This document shows positions 31,564-42,290 of a stretch of 64,000 bases of DNA, in pieces (position 1 is the first letter of the stretch; every line of letters starts with the position of its first letter). The DNA is taken from sequence record NZ_CP049261.1. The stretch is one strand, 5' to 3'. This DNA is from a plasmid. The notes beneath the pieces were generated by a model, which was not told the DNA's origin, made no database searches, and saw nothing but the letters and a program-made list of their open reading frames with translations. A program made the translations under genes and the position numbers.

Positions 31564-34500
31564 CTGATAATCGATTTTCTGCGCAGGCAGCGCTGGCCAC
31601 GCTGAAAGATTTTCAGCGTGATACGGTCGATTATGTGTTTGAGCGGCTGTTTGGCGAAAACAACACCACACGGTTTCTTGTCGCCGATGAAGTCGGGCTT
31701 GGCAAAACATTGATTGCACGGGGCGTTATCGCCAGAACGCTGGAACATCTGCAGGATAAAAAAGATCGCGTCGATATCATCTATATCTGCTCCAGCGCGG
31801 CGATTGCTGGTCAGAATCAAAAAAGGCTCAATCTCAGCGGCTCTGAAGGGTTCTCGCTCTCTACCCGGCTGACCTATCTGCCACGGCAGGTCAGCGAGCT
31901 GCGCAATAATAAAGTTAACTTTATCAGCCTGACGTCAGGCACAACCTTCGACCATACCGTAAGTCGTGAAGGCCATGCGGGAGAGCGCGCCATTTTGTAC
32001 CGGATTTTGTACGACCTCCCGCTGGGCCAGGGCGAGCGACGCACCCGGCTGCGTACAGGGCTGTTAAATCTTCTACAGGCGCGAATGGGAAAAGCGAGCT
32101 GGCGCGCCACCGCGCAGGGGCTGCGGGCTGATGAACTGGATAATGACCTCTGCAGGATGTTCCGACGCGAAGTGCTCGACGATAAACCGCTTTACGCGCA
32201 GCTTAAGCAGGGTTGCGAGCAGTTTATACGTTACCGTGACAGCAGCCGGATCCCGCCAGACGATACGCAGTTACGGCTTCGGCTTATCATGGCGCTGCGT
32301 CAGAAACTGGCTTTCGTTTGTCTGAAGGCCCTGAAGTCCGACCTGGTGATCCTCGATGAGTTTCAGCGGTTTAAGCATCTACTGGACGCTGAAGACGATA
32401 CCGCGCGGCTCGCCACGGCCCTGTTTGAACAGAAGGAGGCGCGTGTTCTGCTGCTTTCCGCCACGCCTTATAAAATGTTCACGCTGGATAACGAAACCGG
32501 GGAAGACGATCATTACCCGGATTTTATCCGCACACTGTCATTTCTGATGCGCGATCCGGCGCAGGTCAACCACGTCAGCGCGCTGCTTTCCGCTCACCGG
32601 GCCGCACTGCATGCCGGTATGCCTGAAGGTGAAAAAGCACGTCTTCAGGATGCGCTTTTGCGTGTGATGTGCCGCACCGAAAGGATTTCTGATACCCGCG
32701 ACCGTAACGCCATGCTCGTTGAAGTTCCCCGCATAGCGCCGCTGCAGGCCACGGATATCCGGCATATTCGTGCCGTTGATGCGGTTGCGGCCTGTGTGGA
32801 CGCAGGCGATCTGGTGGAGTACTGGAAATCGACGCCCCATTTGCTCAACTTTCTGAAGCGCTATGCGCTGCGTAATAAACTTGATGCGGCTATCGATGCG
32901 CCGTCACCTGCGCTCTCTGCGGCGCTGAGAGCGGCCCGCGATGAGTGGCTGACGCCCGGTCAGCTGGATGATTACCAGCCGCTTGAACCCGGCAACGCGC
33001 GGATGCGGCTTCTTTTTGAAGACACCATCGATAACGGGCTCTGGCAACTGTTATGGATGCCGCCATCGCTCCCGTATTACACACCAGGCGGCGTCTGGCA
33101 GGGGAAAACCCATCTGACCAAGACGCTTATCTTCTCCTGCTGGAATGCGGTGCCGGATGCTATCGCCACGCTCTGCTCTTATGAGGCAGAGCGCCGGATG
33201 GTCAGCGGCGCGTCGGTTACGCATCGCGAGCTTTATCAGAAAATCAAACCGCTGTTGCGGTTTGCGAAAGCCAGCGCGGACGACCGTCTGACCGGTATGC
33301 CAGTCATGGCATGGCTGATGCCCTCACCGGTCCTGGCGACGGCGATTGATCCACTCACGATGGCCTGTGCCGGGGATAACGGCCCGCTCCCGCTGGAAAC
33401 CGTGCTGGAAGCCGCCCGTGACATCTGCGAGACGCTTGTCGCCGCTTTACCCTCCAGCCCGGCGGAGGGCAAAGCCGATCCGCGCTGGTACTGGGCTGCG
33501 CCGGTGCTGCTCGATGCGCAGGGCGGGCTACTGGCGTGGTGTAAAGACCCACAAGGCTGGCGGGCGCTGGTGACGCCTGATGCGGATGACGACTCCCACT
33601 TCACCGCGCATCTGGAACAGCTGACAGACGCCGCCGAGGGACGCCTTACGCTCGGGCCGAAGCCAGACGATCTGGCGGACGTGCTCGCACTGTTCGCGCT
33701 TGGCGGGCCTGGTACCTGCGCATTGCGTGCGTTACAGAGGGTAGATCCGCAGACGGCGGGCGACAGCATGACCCTTCTCACCGGTGCGGCGACCATCGCC
33801 TCGGGGTTCAGAACCCTGTTCAACATGCCGGAGACCATTGCGATGCTGCGTGGCGCAAGTGAGGAGACCTACTGGCGTTTAACGCTGAAATATGGCGTTG
33901 AGGGCAATCTGCAATCCATGCTGGATGAATATGTCCATACGCTACGGGAATCGCCCGGCGTGCAGGGATCTGGCGTCGCGGCACAGGTGGCCACTCTGTC
34001 CGCGCATATCCAGTCTGTTCTATCGTTGCGTGTCTCCCGGCTGCATCTGGACGCGCTGGAGGCTAACGATGCGGGCTTTGAGCGTGTAGAGTTTTCGACC
34101 CGCTGCCGCTTTGCGCTGCGGTTTGGTGATATCCGGGATGACAATAACGACGCGCTGGTACGGGCAGAAAGCGTTCGCGATGCTTTCAATTCGCCGTTTC
34201 GCCCGTTTGTGCTGGCCTCCACGTCCATTGGCCAGGAAGGGCTCGATTTTCATACGTGGTGCCATGCGGTGATGCACTGGAATCTTCCCGCAAATCCTGT
34301 CGATTTAGAGCAGCGCGAGGGCCGGGTGCATCGTTACAAAGGGCATGCGGTGCGGAAAAATATCGCGCATGCTTATGGCATTGCGAGCCTTAAGGGCCAC
34401 AACGCGGGCGACCCGTGGCAAACCCTTTTTGCGCGGGCAGCGCAGGACAGAGCGCCTGGGCAGTCCGAACTTATCCCTTACTGGATCTTTGAGAACGGCC

Positions 34501-34721
34501 CGGCGCGCGTGGAGCGCCGTATTCCCGTGCTGCCTTACAGCCGGGAAACCGGCAAGCTCAAACGACTGAAGCAGGGGCTCGCGTTGTATCGCCTGGCGTT
34601 CGGACAGCCGAGACAGGAGGACTTACTCTCAAGTCTCAGCCATAACGCCCCGATCTCTGAAGATGCCCTTGCCGGAGGGCTGATATCACTTAAGCCGCCC
34701 GGCCGGTCCGGTAAAGCGTAA
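31560..34721 (+). CDS. SNF2/SF2-family helicase-related ATPase (1054 aa from ATG 31560), intact
   Basis: ATGTCTGA overlap with the PLD gene. GGAGG RBS. Motif I is LVADEVGLGKTLIA. Motif II is VILDEFQRFK. Motif III is LLLSATPYKM. Motifs V and VI are LASTSIGQEGLDFH and QREGRVHRYKGH. Confidence 0.8.
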   Translation: MSDNRFSAQAALATLKDFQRDTVDYVFERLFGENNTTRFLVADEVGLGKTLIARGVIARTLEHLQDKKDRVDIIYICSSAAIAGQNQKRLNLSGSEGFSLSTRLTYLPRQVSELRNNKVNFISLTSGTTFDHTVSREGHAGERAILYRILYDLPLGQGERRTRLRTGLLNLLQARMGKASWRATAQGLRADELDNDLCRMFRREVLDDKPLYAQLKQGCEQFIRYRDSSRIPPDDTQLRLRLIMALRQKLAFVCLKALKSDLVILDEFQRFKHLLDAEDDTARLATALFEQKEARVLLLSATPYKMFTLDNETGEDDHYPDFIRTLSFLMRDPAQVNHVSALLSAHRAALHAGMPEGEKARLQDALLRVMCRTERISDTRDRNAMLVEVPRIAPLQATDIRHIRAVDAVAACVDAGDLVEYWKSTPHLLNFLKRYALRNKLDAAIDAPSPALSAALRAARDEWLTPGQLDDYQPLEPGNARMRLLFEDTIDNGLWQLLWMPPSLPYYTPGGVWQGKTHLTKTLIFSCWNAVPDAIATLCSYEAERRMVSGASVTHRELYQKIKPLLRFAKASADDRLTGMPVMAWLMPSPVLATAIDPLTMACAGDNGPLPLETVLEAARDICETLVAALPSSPAEGKADPRWYWAAPVLLDAQGGLLAWCKDPQGWRALVTPDADDDSHFTAHLEQLTDAAEGRLTLGPKPDDLADVLALFALGGPGTCALRALQRVDPQTAGDSMTLLTGAATIASGFRTLFNMPETIAMLRGASEETYWRLTLKYGVEGNLQSMLDEYVHTLRESPGVQGSGVAAQVATLSAHIQSVLSLRVSRLHLDALEANDAGFERVEFSTRCRFALRFGDIRDDNNDALVRAESVRDAFNSPFRPFVLASTSIGQEGLDFHTWCHAVMHWNLPANPVDLEQREGRVHRYKGHAVRKNIAHAYGIASLKGHNAGDPWQTLFARAAQDRAPGQSELIPYWIFENGPARVERRIPVLPYSRETGKLKRLKQGLALYRLAFGQPRQEDLLSSLSHNAPISEDALAGGLISLKPPGRSGKA

Positions 34722-34727
34722 CGCCGG

Positions 34728-35402
34728 TTACGGTGCAATCTCCTGCCCGCGATAATCGATAAACCGGCACTGCAGATTATCCAGCGCGGCGTTGATGACG
34801 TTTTTCAGTCCAGCCGCGCTCTCGTCTACCGTCACCGGCGCACGTTCGCCGCCCATATCGGTCTGGACCCAGCCGGGATGCAGCAACAGCACGCTGCGTT
34901 TACCCGGCAGCGCCGATGTCACCGCGAATGAGCGCGCCAGCGAATTCAGCGCGCTCTTACTGGCGCGGTAGAGCGCCATGTCGCCGGTATCGTTATTTGT
35001 AAAGCTTGCGGTACTGGAGGACATAAACGCGATGACACCGCCTTCACGGACCTGCGAGAGCATCGTCTCCGCGAGTCGCACCGGTGCGATAGCGTTGGTC
35101 AGAAAGAGTGAGGCGATCTCCTGTTCGGTGGCCTGCGATACGCTCTGATGATCGGGGCCAAAAATACCGGCGTTGACGATGAGCGCGTCAAAGGTCACAG
35201 CGCTGAGGTGTTCTTTGAGGTGGACTACGCTTGCCGTGTCGGTCATATCGACGATTTGCGTGGTGATACGCGGATGGGTGTCTTTGTGCGTTGCGTCACG
35301 CACCGTCGCTATCACGTCGGCGCCCTCCTGCGCGAAAGCATTCGCCAGACCACGGCCAATCCCGCGCGATGCGCCGATAATCAGGATATGTTGTACAGTC
35401 AT
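34728..35402 (-). CDS. Short-chain dehydrogenase/reductase (SDR) family oxidoreductase
   Basis: ILIIGASRGIGRGLANAF cofactor motif. YRASK active site. 224 aa. Confidence 0.75.
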   Translation of the reverse strand: MTVQHILIIGASRGIGRGLANAFAQEGADVIATVRDATHKDTHPRITTQIVDMTDTASVVHLKEHLSAVTFDALIVNAGIFGPDHQSVSQATEQEIASLFLTNAIAPVRLAETMLSQVREGGVIAFMSSSTASFTNNDTGDMALYRASKSALNSLARSFAVTSALPGKRSVLLLHPGWVQTDMGGERAPVTVDESAAGLKNVINAALDNLQCRFIDYRGQEIAP

Positions 35403-35448
35403 GATTTTTTAACCTGCAATAATAATGAACCCATACTGATGGGCTTAA

Positions 35449-36018
35449 TCACTCCGCAAGGCGGTAGACCCCTGCTCCCCAGTAGCCTTTTTCCGGTTTA
35501 CGGATTTCACGCCAGCCCTGACGAACAAGGCTGCGGGCAATCAAACGATTCATGATGCCATGCCCCATCAAAAGCACCGGACTTTGCGCGTTACCGGCAA
35601 GCGCAGCGAGATTTTGCGCAGCCATTGCCGCGCGTGCTTTTGCGGCATGCAGCGTTTCAGCATTGCCCGATAACCCGCACAGCCATAACATGCGGAAAAT
35701 GCCACTCCAGGCCAGCGGCGACAAACGCAGCCTGCCAATACTGTGCACCGGCAGTTCTGCCTCCCGGTATAGCGCATCGGTTTGCACTGGATCACACCCC
35801 ATTGTTTTTAGAGAAGAGAGGGCACGAGGTAAATCGCTGCTGATAACAATGCCCGCTCTGGCTGCTAACGCGCGGCTTGCCTCAGGCGGTAAGTCATTCC
35901 CCGTACCGGCCTCGTTATAACGGCTTATCCAGCCTGGCATATCGCGGGAGCCGATCGCGCCTGAATGCGCTATATCAGGGCTGCCGTGACGCATCAGAAT
36001 AATTTCCATATCTTCCAT
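35449..36018 (-). CDS. Histidine phosphatase family protein (phosphoglycerate-mutase-like)
   Basis: IILMRHG catalytic motif at the N-terminus. 189 aa. Confidence 0.65.
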   Translation of the reverse strand: MEDMEIILMRHGSPDIAHSGAIGSRDMPGWISRYNEAGTGNDLPPEASRALAARAGIVISSDLPRALSSLKTMGCDPVQTDALYREAELPVHSIGRLRLSPLAWSGIFRMLWLCGLSGNAETLHAAKARAAMAAQNLAALAGNAQSPVLLMGHGIMNRLIARSLVRQGWREIRKPEKGYWGAGVYRLAE

Positions 36019-36030
36019 TCCACGGGTGGT

Positions 36031-36300
36031 TTACCTGGCGTGAAAAAAATATCCCACCAGCGCCAGTACCACCACAATAACGCCTGAGAAAATCGCTCCG
36101 CTGGCCCATGCGAAGGGAGCGATCTCTTCTTCTTTTTTGATATCCGCGTAACGCTTTAGTGCCTGCTCTGCCAGGGGCGCGTCAATCTCTTCGAACTGCT
36201 TTTCATAGCCTTTGGCTTTAAGCCGCGAGGCTTTTTCGGTATCGGCTTTATCGAACGCAAACAGCTGAGTGCCTTTCTTATAGAAGACAAATGTGGTCAT
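36031..36300 (-). CDS. Small hypothetical protein with C-terminal TM anchor (89 aa)
   Basis: AGGAG RBS. MTTFVFYKKGTQLFAFDKADTEKASRLKAKGYEKQFEE.... Confidence 0.45.
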   Translation of the reverse strand: MTTFVFYKKGTQLFAFDKADTEKASRLKAKGYEKQFEEIDAPLAEQALKRYADIKKEEEIAPFAWASGAIFSGVIVVVLALVGYFFHAR

Positions 36301-36583
36301 GGTGGACTCCTGTCGTGGTGACGCGCTATGCCTAACATACCGGAGCGGAATACATTTTGTACATGAATACCTTAAAGCGCTTTTAGCAGAAAAGCAGACC
36401 GTCGCTGATACATACAACCATGAATAAGTGTCCATCAGCCGGAATGGAAAAACAGAGGAAGTGGTGGCGGGGAATTATTCGCAGGGCGGTCGGGCATACA
36501 GGGAATGATCGGTAATCCGCCTGTAAAAACGCCCGGTACAGGTACCGGGCGTGGCATAAAAAATAACGTTTTTTATCTGCTAA

Positions 36584-38241
36584 TCAGAAGCTCTGCCAGT
36601 CGTTATCTGATACCGCGGCGGCGGCGGGCACCGGGCGCAGCGTTTTGATTGGCGTCACCGGCGCGGCGACATGACGCGCCGCGCTTTTCGCATGACTGGC
36701 GGCGGCGATGGTAAATGCACCAACCAGCTGGTTCAGGGATGCGGCCTGCTCCATCAGCGACTGCGACGCCGCCGAAGCCTGCTCGACCAGCGCGGCGTTC
36801 TGCTGGGTTACATCGTCCATCTGGTTGACGGCCAGATGCACCTGATTGATGCCCTGCGCCTGCTCCTGCGCGGCGACCGAAATCTCATCAACAATATCCG
36901 TTACCTGACGCACCGCCTCGGTCATTTTGCCGATATTCTGGCCGACGCCTTCCGCCTGCGCGGAACCGGTTTCGACGTATTGCATTGAGTTCTCAATCAG
37001 TTCTTTGATTTCCCGCGCGGAGGAGGACGAACGCTGCGCCAGCGTGCGCACTTCACCGGCCACCACGGCAAACCCTCTGCCCTGCTCGCCCGCACGCGCG
37101 GCTTCTACCGCAGCGTTGAGCGCCAGGATGTTGGTCTGGAAGGCAATCCCTCGATCATCGCGATAATGTCGGTGATTTTCGAGGAACTGTCGCGAATACT
37201 GCTCATGGTCGTCAGCATGGTATTGACGCGCGACTGGCTGTCTTCCGAAATATCACGCGCGTTTTTCGCAAGCTGGCTTGCAAGCTGGGTATTTTCCGCA
37301 GTCTGACGCACGGTTTCGCTCAGCTCTGACATGCTGGCGGCAGTCTGCTCCAGCGAAGCGGCCTGTTCTTCTGTGCGCGACGAGAGATCTTCGTTACCGG
37401 CGGAGATCTGCCCGGAGGCCGAGCTGACCGACTGCGCGGACGCTTCGACAGCGGCGAGTGATGAAGCCACATTGGCTGCCAGCGTATTGTACGCTTTGGC
37501 CGTCTGGCCTATCTCATCCTTACGGGAATCGTCAGCGCGCAGTGTCAGATCAAGATGCTCGCTCGCCGTTTCCAGCGTCTGGCGCATGCTGTTGAGCTGG
37601 TTGCGAATCGAGAAGATGGTCTTCAGCGTGAAAAAGCCGAGAATAAGGATGACCACTGCCGAGCCGCCAATCAGCGTCCAGAGCGTCTGGTAATAGGAGC
37701 TATCATTTTCCTTACGCAGCGTTTTGCCGACGTCAATGTTGACCCCCAGCTGTTTCTGGTACAGCGCGATCAACTGACGCGCGGCACCGCCGACACCGTT
37801 GTCATCACGCAGTGCGGCGAGCGCGAGAGCGTTGTTGTGTGCACGCGAGCTCTCTAAAAATGCCGGTAACCGGGACTGAACCGTCTGAATCAGCGTACCG
37901 GCGCTTTCAGAAATCTGCCGGTCTTCCTCGCTGGAGATTTCATTTTGCAGGTAAAACTGGTTCTGCGTGGTGATGCGGTTAATGACCGTATCAATCTCTT
38001 TTTCAATCTCGGCCTGACCTGATGCGTCAGCGGTATTCTGGTGGCGGTAGAGCCAGATAATTAATGTATTACTACCATCAATCATTTTGCCGATATCAAG
38101 CACCGACGGAAGCGTGTTTTCCTGGACGTACTGGAACCTTGCCTGAAAATTGCTGACGACCACTACCGATGTGATCACCATAGCGATCAGCGCGGCAGAA
38201 AGTAATGAAAACGTCAGCATAAGACGTTGTGTAATGGACAT
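36584..38241 (-). CDS. Methyl-accepting chemotaxis protein (4-helix-bundle sensor). Frameshift about 37100-37150.
   Basis: N-terminal piece 37105-38241 has TM1, a periplasmic 4HB domain, TM2 and HAMP. C-terminal piece 36584-37066 has the signalling domain and a C-terminal ..NDWQSF pentapeptide-like tail. Confidence 0.75.
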
Positions 38242-38534
38242 GGAGTGTTTCCTCGGTGATGCTTATTTTTGCTGTATGGAGCCAGTGCTTAAATCAAACC
38301 GGCACAACGAATATCGGCAGCCAGGCATGCAATAATTAGCCTCCGGCAGACGCTTTCTCGTATGCCCATGATTAACAAAACATTAAATTTTTTAAAGTAA
38401 TGACCTGGGAATGGTGTGGGAATTTGTTGCGGTGCTTTTTTAGGCTCGCCACGGCGCTTTGCTCTAAGGTTTATGTCAGTAAGCGAAAGCCTGTGCGCCG
38501 TTGCACTGGCGTCGCCACACCTCAGGAGGCCTTT

Positions 38535-39333
38535 GTGATCACACTGTGTAACGCCTGCGGCACGTCATATCAGGTTGACAATGCCCGGCCACAGCGCTGC
38601 AAAATTTGTGACGATGAGCGGCAGTTTGTTCCGGTAACGGGGCAGCAATGGGTGGACCATGATGCGCTGCTGGCGACCCATTCCAATAAATGGAAGCAGC
38701 ATACCCCGGATCTTTTCAGCATCCGGACGGTGCCGGATTTTGCGATTGGCCAGCGTGCGTTTCTGCTGCGTACCCCGCAGGGAAATATTCTCTGGACTGC
38801 GTCGCCACCCTGGATGACGCCACAAAAACCCTGATTGCCGCGCTGGGCGGTCTGATGGCCATTGCCATTTCGCATCCGCACTTTTACACCACCATGCAGG
38901 ACTGGGCGGCCGCCTTTAACGCGCCGGTGTATCTGCATGCCAGCGACCGCGAATGGATAATGCGCGACAGCCCGTTTATCCGCCTCTGGGAGGGAGATGA
39001 ACTGACGCTGGCTGAGGATATCCGCGTGATTCGCCTCGGCGGCCATTTTGCCGGTGGCTGCGTACTGCATGACGCGCGCGGCGACGGCCTGCTGCTGAGC
39101 GGTGATATTTTGCAGGTGACGCCGGGGCGAAGAGCGTCTCATTTATGTGGAGTTATCCGAATATGCTGCCGCTACCGGCCGCCACCGTCAGCGCGATGAC
39201 AGACCGGCTGCGCGGCGTGTCATTTTCGACGCTATGGGGCGCGTTTGAAGGCCGTGAAATCACTGCCGACGCCAGCGAGCGGGTGCGCCGTTCGGGGGAA
39301 AAATATGTGGCGTGTCTGAATCGCGCGGATTAA
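38535..39333 (+). CDS. MBL-fold metallo-hydrolase. Two frameshifts (about 38800 and 39130).
   Basis: AGGAGG RBS before GTG 38535. ..AISHPHFYTTMQDWAAAF.. is HxHxDH-like. Three frames are needed: 38400-38834, 38690-39199 and 39145-39333. Confidence 0.55.
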
Positions 39334-39353
39334 CGCTTTTTATTTCGTGACGC

Positions 39354-40676
39354 TCAGGCCCGTTCATACGCGACCCGACCATCAACATAGGTGCGGTATA
39401 TCGCGCGATCGTCACCCAGCGTCATCATCACGAAAAGCTTATCAAACAGGGTCGCGGAATTGTCATAGCGGAGCTGCTGCAGCGGCGTTGAGGTCGGCTC
39501 CAGCACCACAAAATCGGCCTCTTTGCCGGGCATAAAGTTACCAATAAGATGATCAAGCCCCAGCGCTTTCGCGCCGCCGAGCGTGGCAAGATAGAACGCC
39601 TCGTCAGCGGATAACGGATAGCCCTGCAACTGCCCGACTTTGTATGCCTCGTTCAGCGTTTGCAGCATGTTGAACGTGGTTCCCGCGCCGATGTCCGTTC
39701 CCATTCCGACTTTCACTTTTTTCTGCCACGCTTTTGGCAGATTAAACAAACCGCTGCCGAGATAGAGATTAGATGTGGGGCAGAAAGCGATGCTGGAGCC
39801 CGTGTCTCGCAGGCGATCCCACTCGCGCTCTTCAAGATGAACACAGTGCGCGAAGATGCAGTTGTGCCCGGTCAGGCCATAGTGATGATACACATCCAGA
39901 TAGTCGTCACGCTCCGGATACAGCGTTTTCACCCACTCGATTTCAGCCTGATGTTCAGACAAATGCGTCTGGAACCAGGTATCCGGATATTCTTCGCGCA
40001 GGCGCTGCGCCATCGCCAGTTGTTCCGGTGTCGACGTCGGGGCAAAACGCGGCGTGATGGCATACAGCAGCCGCCCTTTTTTATGCCAGCGTTCAATCAG
40101 CGCCTTGCTCTGTTCATAACTGCTTTGCGCATCATCCAGTAGCCAGTCGGGCGCGTTGCGATCCATCATGACTTTACTGGCGATAAGACGCATATTGATT
40201 TGGCTGGCTTCCTCGAACAGCGCGTCCACTGACTGCGGATGCACTGAGCCAAAAACCAGCGCCGTTGTGGTGCCGTTTCGTAATAACTGCTTAATAAAAA
40301 AAGCGGACATTTCGCGCGCGTATTCCCGATCTTCATAGCGTCGCTCGGCAGGGAACGTATATTTATTGAGCCAGTCGAGGAGCTGTTCGCCATACGCGCC
40401 GACCATTTCACTCTGTGGGTAATGAATATGCGTATCGATAAAGCCCGGCACCACCAGTTTTCCGCGGTAATCACGCACGCGGACCGTATCCGGAACCTGT
40501 TGTTTTCCTTTTTCCCACTCACCGAACCATTCAATTTTCCCGTGACGAATCAGCAGTAAGCCGTCTTCCATAAACCGCAGCGCCGGTGCTATCTCCTGAG
40601 GCGTTTCAGCGGTCCTGGTGAAATCAATAAAACTGCCGCGTACGGCTTTTAAGGTCTGTTCTGCTGACATCATCAC
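39354..40676 (-). CDS. guaD: Guanine deaminase
   Basis: 440 aa, near-collinear with E. coli GuaD/YgfP (..VPGFIDTHIHYPQSEMVGAYGEQLL...GMGTDIGAGTTF..). Confidence 0.9.
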   Translation of the reverse strand: MMMSAEQTLKAVRGSFIDFTRTAETPQEIAPALRFMEDGLLLIRHGKIEWFGEWEKGKQQVPDTVRVRDYRGKLVVPGFIDTHIHYPQSEMVGAYGEQLLDWLNKYTFPAERRYEDREYAREMSAFFIKQLLRNGTTTALVFGSVHPQSVDALFEEASQINMRLIASKVMMDRNAPDWLLDDAQSSYEQSKALIERWHKKGRLLYAITPRFAPTSTPEQLAMAQRLREEYPDTWFQTHLSEHQAEIEWVKTLYPERDDYLDVYHHYGLTGHNCIFAHCVHLEEREWDRLRDTGSSIAFCPTSNLYLGSGLFNLPKAWQKKVKVGMGTDIGAGTTFNMLQTLNEAYKVGQLQGYPLSADEAFYLATLGGAKALGLDHLIGNFMPGKEADFVVLEPTSTPLQQLRYDNSATLFDKLFVMMTLGDDRAIYRTYVDGRVAYERA

Positions 40677-40837
40677 CTCCTGCAGTCTGTCTTTTTTCTT
40701 CTGTGACTCTCTGTTGATGGGTTTTAATGCACTTTTCGTAGTATAGGATTTTCTCTCTGAGGGGCATTGCGATGGCGCACGTCATGTCCGGCGCACAGGC
40801 TGAAACGGCGTGCCTTTACCCTGCTAAGCCAAAAACC

Positions 40838-41140
40838 GTGCAGCGAATTAATGGTTTCACTACACCTTCGGAGTGGGACTGACGGAGTCAGGCCGTATCT
40901 CCGGCCTGCGGGTCCGCAGGAGCCGCCTGGCGGTGTAGTTACAACATACATTTAAGCGAATCTAGTTTACCCGCCCTTCGGGCGGGCGCGGGCGGCCCGG
41001 CAATGGGCAATCGCGCGCTCAGGGGTTCAAGAGTGAAACTGACGCCACAACCGTGGCCGGAAGCGACGCGGGCGTTTCCGAACGGTGCCTACGGTTTCAG
41101 TGGCGGTCCAGCATGTTTGAATTGTATGTTGTAACTATAA
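40838..41140. repeat. Structured intergenic element with imperfect inverted repeats (MITE-like or sRNA locus) in the guaD/gst divergent region
   Basis: About 60-bp arms, aaaaccgtgcagcgaattaatggtttcactacacc.. and ..gtgaaactgacgccacaaccgtggccggaagcg.. Inner 15-bp inverted repeats, ttacaacatacattt and aattgtatgttgtaa. A GC-rich hairpin, cccgcccttcgggcgggcg. Confidence 0.35.
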
Positions 41141-41252
41141 AAAGGCGTTTGTGGTGTGCTTTTACTGGTAATGGTGACTGACAACATCGATAGTGTATTG
41201 CCGTCAGTAAGCGTAAACGTTACGCAACTACGACGCTAACAGGAGACGTTCC

Positions 41253-41849
41253 GTGATTGTTTATACTTATCCCAAGAGCCGCTCGCTCAGGGTGCTCTGG
41301 ACGCTTGAAGAACTGGGCATGCCGTATGAGTCCATCAAAGCCGATATTCTTTGCGACGCCCCGGAAGTACCCTCGCCGCATCCGCGCGGTAAAGTCCCGT
41401 TTCTGACAGATGGCGACGTTTCCATTTGCGAGACGCTGGCCATCTGCACCTGGCTTTGCGAAAAACAGCCTGCCACCGCGCTTTTTCCCGCCGATCCCGT
41501 CCGACGCGCCGCGATAAACAGCTGGATCAGTTTCGCCTTAACGGATCTGGAATCGCCGGTATGGAATTTACTTAAACAGATGATTTTTGTGCCGGAAGCG
41601 CAGCGGTCCGCCGCACTGACACATTACTTCAAAACCGAAGCCGCAAAAGCCGTGGCGATGGTGGATTTGGCGGACAACGCACCGTGGATAGCGGGCGATG
41701 ATTTTACGCTGGCCGATATTTTTATGTCGCATACACTTTTCTGGGCAAAACTGGGCGGTATTACGCTTGGCGAGACGCTCGAAAATTACGTGAATCGCGC
41801 CTTTTCCCGCCCCGCGTTTATCCAGGCCCAGCAGCGAAATAACCAGTGA
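41253..41849 (+). CDS. Glutathione S-transferase
   Basis: 198 aa. N-terminal thioredoxin-like GST fold (..YPKSRSLRVLWTLEELGMPYE..). C-terminal helical domain. Confidence 0.8.
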   Translation: MIVYTYPKSRSLRVLWTLEELGMPYESIKADILCDAPEVPSPHPRGKVPFLTDGDVSICETLAICTWLCEKQPATALFPADPVRRAAINSWISFALTDLESPVWNLLKQMIFVPEAQRSAALTHYFKTEAAKAVAMVDLADNAPWIAGDDFTLADIFMSHTLFWAKLGGITLGETLENYVNRAFSRPAFIQAQQRNNQ

Positions 41850-41888
41850 TGACGGCCAGCAGGTATATTATCGCCACCGCGTATGCCC

Positions 41889-42290
41889 TCACCGGCCGTA
41901 AAAGCCGTCCAGATAGGTTTGCGCCAAATCGTCACCCAGCATCCGTTTTTCGCGCGGGCTGGTGTTGTCATCGAGAAACTGGCCGCGATGATTGGCAAAT
42001 TCACTGGTGGTCTGCATACCGCAGGCATCGTCACGGTAAGCCTTCGCCTGACGCTCTGCCCAGGCGATGTCGCGCCCCTGTGCTTTATCCGTTTTGCCCT
42101 GATTGTAGACGCTGGTAAATGCCGGCAGAAACGCGGCGATGCTGCCTGCTTTATCGACCCTTAAATTCGCGTCGTGTGATTCCATACCCTGCAAAACATA
42201 GTGGCGCGCGTGCATTTCTGGCGACGTTCTGGCCGTACATCCTGCCAACAGCGTAGCCACAGCCACAACTACCATTCCATAACGCCTCAT
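41889..42290 (-). CDS. Lipoprotein of LprI/DUF1311 (lysozyme-inhibitor-like) family
   Basis: AGGAAG RBS. Lipobox LLAGC. ..WAERQAKAYRDDACG...EKRMLGDDLAQTYLDGF.. Confidence 0.6.
   Translation of the reverse strand: MRRYGMVVVAVATLLAGCTARTSPEMHARHYVLQGMESHDANLRVDKAGSIAAFLPAFTSVYNQGKTDKAQGRDIAWAERQAKAYRDDACGMQTTSEFANHRGQFLDDNTSPREKRMLGDDLAQTYLDGFYGR

Noticed and set aside
31267-31820. Minus-strand ORFs of 150 and 118 aa at the PLD/helicase junction
   Set aside because: Antisense to the translationally coupled PLD and helicase genes.
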